Below are positions 25,222 through 35,730 of a stretch of 64,000 nucleotides of DNA, in pieces. Position numbers and translations under genes: made by a program. Source of the stretch: Macrostomum lignano (taxonomy: Eukaryota); contig NIVC01000886.1 of the NCBI GenBank assembly GCA_002269645.1, positions 286,358-350,357 of the forward strand. Reading direction: 5' to 3'. The notes under the pieces were generated by a model. It saw nothing but the letters and a program-made list of their open reading frames with translations. It made no database searches and was not told where the DNA came from. The number at the start of each line of letters is the position of its first letter. The stretch's first letter is position 1.

Positions 25222-26101
25222 TGATATAGTGATATAGTAATAATTGCTTATATTATGTATATTACTCGTTAAATGCGTTATAAAAATTATATATCCATTT
25301 ATTAGCAAAATATTTCTGTCTAATTGATCATTAAAAGTAGCCTAAATATCGTGTTTTGCCTCAAGTACGCTTATAGTGCCTCTTATTTTTAATGCTTTGT
25401 TATAAATTGTCCGCCATTTTTATTAAAGTTACTATAAATATGAGCAAATAAATCTGTAGAGAGCTCAGACTTCTGTGGCCGCCTCTAGTAACAGGCTTTG
25501 CCTTTCGGCCGAATTGAACAGTTGTTCCAAAAATAGACCAATCTATGAGTTATTCCTTTGAAGGCGCCCGTCTTTCCCCTTCCCCGAGAGGTCCTGTTCA
25601 GCTTTAAGCGTACAGCCTTTTCTCCCTCTCCCCAGAGAACGTACAGTCTCTCACTGAGTAATATTTCTAACCCCCCCCTTTTTTCCTTATCAGTTGGACA
25701 GGCGTGAGGCCTCCCTCTCCCAGATCTCTGAGTAACCTGGCGATCCGCCAACTCCTTATCCAGACACACTGTCTGCTTAGGCGTCCTGCCCTTAGCTAAT
25801 TCCCTATTAAGGCATTTCCTTCCCATGTCAGCATTCCCTATTAGTTATTAAATTCCCCTTTTCGTGCGCCCAGTTCCCCAGGCAACTCCGATCCATCGCG
25901 TAGCCCTCCCTCGGACTAGTTAAGTTTAATTTAGACAGTGTCTTGCCGCTCGGACACTCACGCCACCAGGAGCAACCATTGGCTTACTCCTATTAGTAAT
26001 AAAACTAGCATATCTTTCGGAAATCCCAAGAATCCCCTCCCCCCATAACAGATTTTGGTGACAGTGGTGGGATTTTCTTAATAATAAACAGCCCTGTAAC
26101 A
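25222..26101 (+). repeat. 5' LTR (880 bp)
   Basis: Matches 33549-34429; by eye I found only one substitution (CTCAAGTACG vs CTCAAATACG) and one extra C in a homopolymer. Confidence 0.96.
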
Positions 26102-26106
26102 GATTT

Positions 26107-26119
26107 TGGTGGCAGCGGT
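26107..26119 (+). promoter_or_regulatory. Primer-binding site, tRNA-Leu type (TGGTGGCAGCGGT)
   Basis: 5 nt after the 5' LTR end; complementary to the known 3' end of eukaryotic tRNA-Leu (...ACCGCUGCCACCA). Confidence 0.8.
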
Positions 26120-26190
26120 AAAGGATCTGAATCTGGTGAAACGCGCACTTAAACCAACCCAAACTCTAAACCCCCTATTCTTGAAGTATA

Positions 26191-27180
26191 ATGGCCGCAG
26201 GAATCAATGAAGCCCTTGCGCTCTTAGCTGAAGAGCTCCGCAACCGACTCGAATTAGGCCCCCTCAGACATGTAAAAATCCAGAAGTACCTCCCCAGCCA
26301 AGATATCAGAATCTGGCTTACCGCATTTGACCAGAGATGTGAAAATGAAGGCATAGAAGAAGAAAATAGGAAGCAGGAACTACTTACCAATTTAGACCTG
26401 AGTACTGCGTTTGCAGCAGTTCAACGCCTCAACCTCCCAGCTAATCTCCCCTATGAAGAGTTCAAAGAAAGACTAATCGAAAGATTTGGAAAAGTAGGTA
26501 GCTCCGCCGAATTTCGCGAAGAGTTTAGGAATCGCTGCCAAGGCAGAAACGAATCCACTGACAGTTTTGCCGATGCTTTGATTGAATTAGCTTCCCGCGC
26601 ATTCCTAAATATGGATGTTGAGCAGAGAGAAGAAGAACTGGTCGAACAGTTCATTAAAGGTGTGAGAACCCCTCCCGACACCCGTGAGAAGCTGATTTTT
26701 GCCCAACCGGCTAGTCTCCAAGCCGCCCGCAGAATGCTGCGCAGAATTGAAGCTGCTTACCAGATGTCCCACAAAGGTGGAATTAGAGTGACAAAAGATG
26801 AGAAAGAGGAGAATAAGGTCAGAACCGATCAGTTGATCATTGACCAGCAGACTAAGATTGACCGCCAAGAAAGGCTTATTCAGAACCTGCAGAAACAACT
26901 GGCCGAAACAGCGCAGTGCGCCCCGCCATCTCAGGTATTCCCCCAGCAACAGTACAGACAGCCAAACCCTCAGCTGTACAGACAGCCTCCCCAGCAGCAG
27001 TACAGACAGCCACCCCAGCAGCAGTACAGGCCGCAACCTCAGCAGCAGTACAGGCCCCAGCTGATAAACCAACCGCCAAGGCGTGAACCCCCAAGAAGGA
27101 ATGAGCGTCAGCCCCCCAATCCCAGATATGAGCCGCTGAAGTTCCGCAACCCCCGTGACTCCCAGAAGTCGGGAAACTGA
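26191..27180 (+). CDS. gag: Gag (capsid domain, coiled coil, Q/P-rich tail, no zinc knuckle), 329 aa
   Basis: Position after the PBS; retrotransposon-gag motifs (WLTAFDQRC, YEEFKERLIERF, QGRNESTDSFADALIEL). Confidence 0.9.
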   Translation: MAAGINEALALLAEELRNRLELGPLRHVKIQKYLPSQDIRIWLTAFDQRCENEGIEEENRKQELLTNLDLSTAFAAVQRLNLPANLPYEEFKERLIERFGKVGSSAEFREEFRNRCQGRNESTDSFADALIELASRAFLNMDVEQREEELVEQFIKGVRTPPDTREKLIFAQPASLQAARRMLRRIEAAYQMSHKGGIRVTKDEKEENKVRTDQLIIDQQTKIDRQERLIQNLQKQLAETAQCAPPSQVFPQQQYRQPNPQLYRQPPQQQYRQPPQQQYRPQPQQQYRPQLINQPPRREPPRRNERQPPNPRYEPLKFRNPRDSQKSGN

Positions 27181-30100
27181 GAAGCCAGGGTCGAGTTAAG
27201 AGGCCACGCCCCTCAGGCCAAAATATTGCTTACTCTCCGGCCTCCCCATCATTCGAAAATGCCCCCCAACCAAAATACCGGCAACCTCCCCAGTACGGTT
27301 TCCGCTATCCCCGCAAAACCTCCCATGTACAGCCAATGCCTGTAAATAATGCGATATCTGTCTCCCCCAATAATTTTTCACTTCTTACCTTTGATGATGC
27401 CGACGATGCTATGCCAAATGCCCCCCATGACCCTCATGTGTACAATTCCCCCCATGCGACCGCCTCTCATGTAACCAATGCGACCAAAGCTTATGTACAT
27501 CATGCGTCCGCACCCCGTGTACCCACTGCGCTTGCACCCCATGTACCCCATGCGAGTGAAACCAATAATGCTCTATCCAGTGCTGAAACCCGCTCAAAGA
27601 AGCGACGAAAGCCAAAACCCAATTCCCCATCCCGAATCGACCTGACCAAGCTAGAAGGCTATGAAGCTGTAATAGTCGGCGATATCCAGAAAGAATCGAT
27701 TGATTTCTTGCTAGACACAGGTGCCAGAAATAATTTCCTGAGCCGCTCAACCTGGTCTAAGCTGTTCCGTTCCGATCAAATCCGAGACACTAGCAAAAGC
27801 ATCAGTACATTTGACGGTACCCCAGTTCAATTAGAAGGAGAAGTATCCGCCCAAGTGAAGTTTGGCGATATCCAAATCGAAGTTGATTTCCTCCTATGCC
27901 GACATGATTGAGATAATATATTAGGAATGGAATTTTTCTTGTCCCAATGCGAAAGCATTCAGCTAGCCAAAGGAATGCTAGTGCTTAATGAAGGTACCTG
28001 TATACCCATGCAGTATACCCGCCTCCCCGTGAAAGTTTGCCGAGTTTATACTCAAGAAAGAGTAATCATCCCAGCCAACAGTGCCCTCCGAATACCCGTG
28101 AAGTTAGCCAAAAATTGTGAATCGAATTATGGCACCCCCATGACCATTGAAGCCATTGGCGATACTGTCCGAACCCGTGATTTCTCATTAGAAATGGTTC
28201 CAACACTAGTAACTATGAAAGAAGGCAAAGGAATTGTTGAAATTATTAACCGCCACCCAGTAGATGTGAATCTAACTAAAACTTCCCTAATTGGCTTAGC
28301 CAGACCCATGAAAGCTAAAGATCTAACCTATTGGCAAACCCCAACTCCCAACCCCCAACCCCCTGTGAAAGTCAACCAGACTCAATGTACTGAAGATTCC
28401 TGGATTAATGAAGTGAGCCTTGGCCCTGAACTGTCAGATGAACAGCGTAAAGCAGTCATCGATCTTATGAAAGAAAACCGTGAAGCCTTTTCCCAGAACG
28501 AATTAGACATGGGCCTGACACACTTAGTAACCCACGAAATCTCCATCAAAGACCCCACCCCCGTTAGAATCCCAGCTAGACGCATCCCCCCGCACTTGCA
28601 AAAGCAAGTTGACGCCCAATTAGACGATATGTTAGCCAAAAACCTAATTAGACCCTGCTATTCAACCTACTCCACTCCCCTAGTAATTGTCCCCAAGAGA
28701 GATGGTTCCATTAGAATCGTGAGCGATTTCCGAGTGCTCAATTCAAGAGTTAATTACTACCCCTACCCCCTCCCCAATATCCAAGAGACCTTCTCCCACC
28801 TGACTGGTAGCCAATACTTTAGCAGCCTTGATTTAAACTCAGGATACTGGCAAGTCCCCATCAAAGAAGAAGACAAGCATCGAACCGCCTTCTCCACCCT
28901 AACTAGAGGCCAATTTGAATACCAAGTAATGGCCCAAGGACTTTCCAATGCCCCCGGAACCTTCCAACGATTAATGAACTTAGTATTATTAGGAATTCAA
29001 CACAAGTTCGCCATGTCCTATATCGATGACATAATAGCCTACTCCCAAAATTTTGCCGACCATTTAGATCACCTAAGAGAAGTGTTTAAGCGATTAATTG
29101 CCGCAGGTCTGAAGCTGAGACCTAAAAAGTGCAATCTTTTCCATCACGAGTTGAAATATCTAGGACACGTGATTGGCCGACAAGGCATTCAAACAGACAA
29201 GACGAAGATTGAAGCTATCCAAACTTGGCCCCGTCCCAAAGACGTAAAAGAACTACGCAGTTTTCTTGGCCTATGCAATTATTATTGCCGATTTGTGAAG
29301 AATTATGCCGAAGTGGCTCACCCCCTATTCCAATTGACTCGAAAAGGAGTCCAGAATTTCCAATCTAAGTGGAGCAAAGTGCATGACGAAGCCTTTGAGT
29401 CCCTGAAGCAGAGAATGATGTCCACTGAAGTGTTAGCCTACCCCGAATACGTCGAAGACGAAAATGTGAAGATGGTGCTCGACACAGATGCCAGTGACGA
29501 CAGGATTGGCGCATGCCTTGGCCAAATCCAGAGTGATGGCATAGAGCGACCAATAGCCTATTTTAGTAGAGCAATGAAGGAATCAGAGAAACGATACCCC
29601 ATTACCCGGAAAGAATTGTTAGCCCTTGTCGATGCTATGAGGCATTTCAGATTTTATCTGATCGGCAAGAAATTCTTAGCCCGAACTGATCATAAAGCGA
29701 TAATTTGGCTCATGAGACAAACTGAAGCAACCGGAATCCTAGGAAGATGGATAGAGCGCCTAAATGAATTCAGGTTCGACATTGAACACAGAAGCGGCGC
29801 AAAACATTCCAATGCCGACGGATTGTCGAGAAGACCAGCTGAGATAGCTGAAGCCCCTGAAGTATCCCCTGAAGTAGCCCCTGAACTTGCTGAAACAGCA
29901 CCTGAAGTTTCTGAAGTCCCTGACGCAGCCACTGAGCCTGCTGAAGCGATCCTTGAAACCCCTGAAATACCTGAAGCGATTCCTGAGAAAATTGAGCCAA
30001 TCCCTGAGAAAGTAGAGAAGTTGACCCCTGTTCCCCTGAGAGATGAGAGTGCTCCCGCTGAAACTAAGGACAACCCCATGTCCCAGTCACCTGAAGCCCT

Positions 30101-32015
30101 GACAGAAAGTGAGACCCAGCCTGAATGTCCCAAATCTAGGACAAAGCTAATTGTCTCAGGTAGAGAAGTAGATGAAAGAGAAGAAGAAACAGGAAAGTGT
30201 GAAAAACTATTAACTGATTATCTTCCCAGCCCTCTGAAGAAGGAACAGATTATAGAAGCCCAAGTCGCTGACCCCATCATTAAAGCTCTATTAGAAGCTA
30301 AAGCCCAGAAATTGAGCCAATTTCCCAAATCACCGGACGTGCCAGAAAAGATCAGTAAGCATTATGCACTGATGAAAATCGATAACGAATTATTAATAAT
30401 CACCGAAGGCGAAAAGGACAAAGTAGTTTTGCCCCCATCCTTAGATAAAGCAGTCTTTATTGACCTACACTACAGCCCCCTCGCAGGACATCTAGGAAGA
30501 GATAAGACGCTCCAGAGAATCCGAGAAAGATTTTGGCGACCCGGATTGAGTACCTCAGTTGAGCAGTTGATTGCTGAGTGCATCCCCTGTCTCGAGAGTA
30601 AGAAAGGCCACTTTGTGCAAGCTCCTATCCAATCGTTCCCCATTGGCGAAGCTTTCAGCCGCCTGCACATAGACATTATCGGCCCGATCTCAAAAGAGAG
30701 TAAACGAGGTCACAAATATGTTTTAACAATTGTTGATAGCACAACTAGATATCCCTTTGCTTTTCCCATTAGAAATCAAAAATCAGACACAGTCATTAAA
30801 ATACTACTTGAACGAATAGTAGCAGAGTATGGACAGCCAACATGGATTCACACGGACAACGGAAAAACCTTTGCTAGTAAACAGTTTAAGGCATTTTGCG
30901 AATTATATAATATTCGCCACACCTTCACTACCCCCTATCATGCCCAATCTAATGGATTAGTAGAACGCTTTAATAAGCAAGTTAAATCGATCATCACCTG
31001 CCTGATCAATAAGGATCATGGTGATTGGGATTTATTAATTCCCGCAGCTTTAGTAGCCGTTCGCACCAGCCCCAATGCAACAACAGGATTTTCCCCGCAC
31101 TTTCTACTATTTGGAAGAGAAGCTACTCTACCCTTAGACACTCAAATTCGTAGTACAGCAGAGCATGCCGACTATCCCGCCTATATATCCAAACATGCTG
31201 AAAGATTAGAAGAAGCTAGCAAAATCGTTAAGAGGAAATTAGAAAAAGTGACAGAGAAAAGACAGATAGCCGCTGAAACTAATAAACTTCCCCCCAGAGT
31301 CCCCATAGGCTGTTTAGCATTAATTAACAACCCCCAATTAGACACCGAAGAATCCCACAAATTTCATCGGAAGAAACGATCAGCATTTAGAGTGATAGCT
31401 CAAATTTCTGAAGTAGTTTTTAAAGTTCAAAAAGAAGAAGACGGAAAATTAATTGGCAAAGAAATGTTAGTGCACCGAGACAATTTAACGCCCGTGCCCA
31501 ATTCAACCACAGAACTTTTTACTAAGGAAAGCCAGGAGAGCGCTCCCGCTTATGTTTCCGCCCCCAACCCCGCTCCTATTCCTATTTCCGCCCCTACTTC
31601 CGCCCCTACCCCCGCTTCAACTGAACCGAAGAGACAACTCCCAATTAAGGAAAGCCACCCCCGCCGGAAAATCCCAGAATTAAATCAGTCCAACCCTATT
31701 GAATCTGAAGAATCATCTGACGAAGAAGAAATCAATTGGCGATGCCAACTAAGAGAAGAGAATAATGAAGGAGAAATAGCTGAAGAATGGTCTGAAGCTC
31801 AGACAGAGAATGAAGAGACCAATGAGTCAGAAAACGAAGCCTTGAATGAAGAAGACCCTCAACCCCTACCCCCCTCTCCTGTCCCGCAAGATCCCGAGCC
31901 CGCGCACACCCACCCCTACAATCTGAGGCGCCCAACCCAAGCCAAACAAAGATGTGACTGCCATCTGAAACGTCTATTGAAAGCCCTCAATTTATTGCGT
32001 AACCTCGAATTTTAG
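27171..32015 (+). CDS. pol: Pro-pol (protease, RT, RNase H, integrase) in the -1 frame relative to gag; one in-frame TGA at 27909-27911
   Basis: Protease FLLDTGA; RT YIDD; RNase H DTDASD...RKELLA...TDHKA; integrase H-x5-GH...CIPC, HIDIIGP, TDNG, NGLVERFN. The frame is open from the slippery site at 27171; 27336-27911 and 27927-32015 are the same frame. Confidence 0.93.
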
Positions 32016-32327
32016 CCCTCTCGCCGTCCCCGATTGCACAAAGAACCCCAATTTTTAGATAAAGGAAGAACGCATCTTGAACAATGCTAATGTACAAAGA
32101 CCCCCTAAAATTATCGATCCAAAGCAAAACTAGACCCCAAAGAAGACAGAAAATGAGGTGGGTTACGAAAACAAGAATCCCAGAAAACAAGAACAAAAGG
32201 GACCAATATGTAAACACTCGAAATCGAAATTGCACAACCAAGTTCAACAGCTAGCTTGACTCAAGCCTTCCCAAACTATCTATAAGATTTTTACTCCCCA
32301 ATTTAATCTGATTTGAAAAGATTAAAA

Positions 32328-33233
32328 ATGACCTCTGGAGACGAGCTTCAACGATTAGAAGAAGAACTTGCCCTCTCGGATAGTAATGCTAGCGAGTTCG
32401 ATCACGAGGAAGAGAATGACCCCAGCCCTCCTGAGCGCCAGCCAACTCGTCCCAACAAGCCTGGAGCTAAGCCTAAGAAGATTGCGTCAGTCGTGACTCG
32501 CCCGCCAGCTAAACCAGTCAGCAGTTCGCCCCAAGAACGCAAGCGTCTACTAGAGCAACAAGCTGCCGCCCCTGTGGAGCCTTCGGCCGACATTGTCCGC
32601 CGTCAACCCTCAGGCTCTCGCGCCGCCCAAGTCCTACCCCCGAGTGAGGCGCCGCCCATCATGCGCCGAGTACGCGAAAACCAGACCGTCAAGCAAGAGC
32701 CCAGGGAACGTTCAAGATCTCCGGCGAAGCCTTTAGTTACGCCACCGCCCCAGTATGGCGTCAGGCCGCCCCACCAAGCGAGGCCCGGCCCCTCCAACCC
32801 AATGCCAATCGATCTACGCGTACAGGTTCCGCCCCTAATGGCCAATGCAGAGCCACGAAGGCCCCCACTCCAAGAGTTAGGTAGAGATTTCAACCAAATC
32901 GTATCAGGTCTCCCCGAGTTCCGCCGTGCCCAATTCCGGCAGCAAATCGTCACCCTGAAGCATTATCTGGTAAAGGTTGGTCGCTTCCGCCTCGATGGAA
33001 GGATGTTTCCCCAAAGGGTGGAAGTCTCGGCAGCCCTCGAAGACCTGCTGCGCATGCAGCAGGCGCAGGCTATAGCTGCCTGGCGCCGCGCCACCGTCTA
33101 CGCTTTACAAGACTTGTCCCGCGGCAATCGTCAGTACAATCGCGAGAACGTGGCCACTGAAGTACTCTGGATCGGCCAAAGCTGCGGCTGGCCCGACCCG
33201 GATGGTCTACCTTGCGAGTTCCGATGGAATTAA
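32328..33233 (+). CDS. Additional ORF3 inside the retrotransposon (~301 aa from the first ATG), not env-like, function unknown
   Basis: Long sense ORF between the pol stop and the 3' LTR, non-repetitive and GC-richer than its flanks; no obvious signal peptide or TM segment. Confidence 0.7.
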   Translation: MTSGDELQRLEEELALSDSNASEFDHEEENDPSPPERQPTRPNKPGAKPKKIASVVTRPPAKPVSSSPQERKRLLEQQAAAPVEPSADIVRRQPSGSRAAQVLPPSEAPPIMRRVRENQTVKQEPRERSRSPAKPLVTPPPQYGVRPPHQARPGPSNPMPIDLRVQVPPLMANAEPRRPPLQELGRDFNQIVSGLPEFRRAQFRQQIVTLKHYLVKVGRFRLDGRMFPQRVEVSAALEDLLRMQQAQAIAAWRRATVYALQDLSRGNRQYNRENVATEVLWIGQSCGWPDPDGLPCEFRWN

Positions 33234-33548
33234 CTGAAGTAGCGATAGTATTGCATGACATTTTTCGAACATTTATTTTTGCGAAATAATTACTAACCAT
33301 TACGACATTTTTAACATCTTTGTGCCTAATAAACGTTATAGTCATGAATTCTTTTGTAGTAAACTGTTGTAATTTTGCATTTTTCTTTTTTTAGCATGCA
33401 TTCTTCGCCTGATAAATTTTGTTGCCACTTATTCTCCGCATTAAATTCAACTACTCTTTTCATACTACTATAATCCATGTAAATGCGTTTTTTAAGAATT
33501 TTGTCTCACTAATAAATATATTCGCAAAATTCGTTCAGGAAAGCCAGT

Positions 33549-34429
33549 TGATATAGTGATATAGTAATAATTGCTTATATTATGTATATTACTCGTTAAA
33601 TGCGTTATAAAAATTATATATCCATTTATTAGCAAAATATTTCTGTCTAATTGATCATTAAAAGTAGCCTAAATATCGTGTTTTGCCTCAAATACGCTTA
33701 TAGTGCCTCTTATTTTTAATGCTTTGTTATAAATTGTCCGCCATTTTTATTAAAGTTACTATAAATATGAGCAAATAAATCTGTAGAGAGCTCAGACTTC
33801 TGTGGCCGCCTCTAGTAACAGGCTTTGCCTTTCGGCCGAATTGAACAGTTGTTCCAAAAATAGACCAATCTATGAGTTATTCCTTTGAAGGCGCCCGTCT
33901 TTCCCCTTCCCCGAGAGGTCCTGTTCAGCTTTAAGCGTACAGCCTTTTCTCCCTCTCCCCCAGAGAACGTACAGTCTCTCACTGAGTAATATTTCTAACC
34001 CCCCCCTTTTTTCCTTATCAGTTGGACAGGCGTGAGGCCTCCCTCTCCCAGATCTCTGAGTAACCTGGCGATCCGCCAACTCCTTATCCAGACACACTGT
34101 CTGCTTAGGCGTCCTGCCCTTAGCTAATTCCCTATTAAGGCATTTCCTTCCCATGTCAGCATTCCCTATTAGTTATTAAATTCCCCTTTTCGTGCGCCCA
34201 GTTCCCCAGGCAACTCCGATCCATCGCGTAGCCCTCCCTCGGACTAGTTAAGTTTAATTTAGACAGTGTCTTGCCGCTCGGACACTCACGCCACCAGGAG
34301 CAACCATTGGCTTACTCCTATTAGTAATAAAACTAGCATATCTTTCGGAAATCCCAAGAATCCCCTCCCCCCATAACAGATTTTGGTGACAGTGGTGGGA
34401 TTTTCTTAATAATAAACAGCCCTGTAACA
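33549..34429 (+). repeat. 3' LTR (881 bp)
   Basis: Direct repeat of the 5' LTR, followed by TSD CTTG. Confidence 0.96.
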
Positions 34430-35011
34430 CTTGCACGGAGGTCTCGCTCTTGAATCGCACGTGGTTTGAGCTGTGTGACCTTGTGTTAGAGGCGGGAGCG
34501 TCGCTTGGTGGTGCCGGTGTAGCTGCTGGCTGCTCTTGATGGACTGTTGGCAAGGTGGTGGGCTTTACACGATCGATCGACACTATGGTAGGCTTGCCGT
34601 TGATCTGGAGTGTCATTGTGGTGTCGTGCCTGTCCAGCACAGCGTACGGGCCTTGGTAAGGAGCCTCCACGGGTCGTCGCACACGGTCCAACCGTAGCCA
34701 GACGTGTGTGCACGAACTCAGCGCGGCTGGCAAATGCACGGCTATCTCGCCCGTTCTCGGCTGCCGGTATGGGAAAAAAGCTGGTGTAGACTAGTCGAGA
34801 GCTCCTTGAGCGCAGACGTGTCGGTGACGACCGGTGGGACCAGCGGTTGCTCACCCGTAACAACGGAGAACGGAGAGGCACCTGACTCATCTGGGAAAAT
34901 GCGCATGCCCAGGAGCACGACGGGCAGCTGCTGCAGCCAGTTCTTGCCGCGCGCCTTCAAACCGATCTTTAGCGTCTAGTGTGCACGTTCGATGATACCG
35001 TTAGCTCTCGG

Positions 35012-35730
35012 TGGAAGTGTAGCTCGTCTAACAAATAGGCTTGTCTAACGTCTAACAAATCTTCTAACAAATAGGCAAACAAATAGGCTAAATTTGCTAA
35101 AATTATGTTTAGCAAAAACATAATTGTTTTTCGCACTGAAAAGATTGGTCGCTATGCTAGCAGGCTCAGGTCAGCTGTTCCACTTGCTCTAAGGGCTGGT
35201 GTTGTTTACCAATTTCGCTGCTCTGAGGATCAGAGCGTTTCCTACATTGGAAAAACGAAGCGACACCTGCACACTAGAGCTAGGGAACATTGGCTAAAAA
35301 GCTCTGCGATTAATGACCATCTGCTTGTTTGTAAAAAATGCTGTGACAGTGAACCAATTCAGCTCTTTAAAGTACTGGATGGGTGCAAATTTGACCATAA
35401 GCTTAAGATTATTGAAGCTTCTTATATCAGAATGCACAAACCCAACTTGAATGTGCAGCTTGCTGGCAATGGGGTGGAGCGTGAGCTAAGAATACTGTGA
35501 GCAGAGCCATGCCTATTTTTCTCTCTCTCTCTCTTCGTTATGTACTTGGCACTTTTGAAGAATGACCGGACTGTTTTAACCCGCCTTTGGACTGTACAAT
35601 TTGTTTTGCTTAAATATATTGGTGCTGAAAATTAAGGTTAGTTGAATTTGCCCCGACGACGTCTTGTGTTTGACGAAACGCGTTGGCTAAAAAAAAAATT
35701 TTTTTTATGTTTTTGTTGACGTTTATTTCT
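35012..35730 (+). mobile_element. 5'-truncated Penelope-like element: GIY-YIG endonuclease plus 3' region, 12-bp TSD
   Basis: ORF 35105-35500 has GVVYQFRC...YIGKTKRHLHTRAREH...EASYIRMHKPNLNVQ; GTTAGCTCTCGG flanks it at 35000-35011 and 35731-35742. Confidence 0.9.
35647..35690 (+). ncRNA. Minimal type I hammerhead ribozyme motif (U4-to-C variant)
   Basis: GCC-CCGACGA-C-GTC(loop)GAC-GAAAC-GC-GTT-GGC: stem I GCC/GGC, stem II GTC/GAC, palindromic stem III AACGCGTT, located in a Penelope 3' region. Confidence 0.7.

Larger units (their letters stand above)
25222..34429 (+). mobile_element. Full-length young Ty3/gypsy LTR retrotransposon, 9208 bp, TG...CA termini, 4-bp TSD CTTG
   Basis: LTRs at 25222-26101 and 33549-34429; CTTG at 25218-25221 and 34430-34433; PBS; gag, pro-pol and an extra ORF inside. 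Confidence 0.96.

Noticed and set aside
25485-25826. 113-aa antisense ORF within the LTR
   Set aside because: Its 3' LTR copy (33870-34154) is frameshifted by a homopolymer indel and no motif is recognisable; probably incidental.
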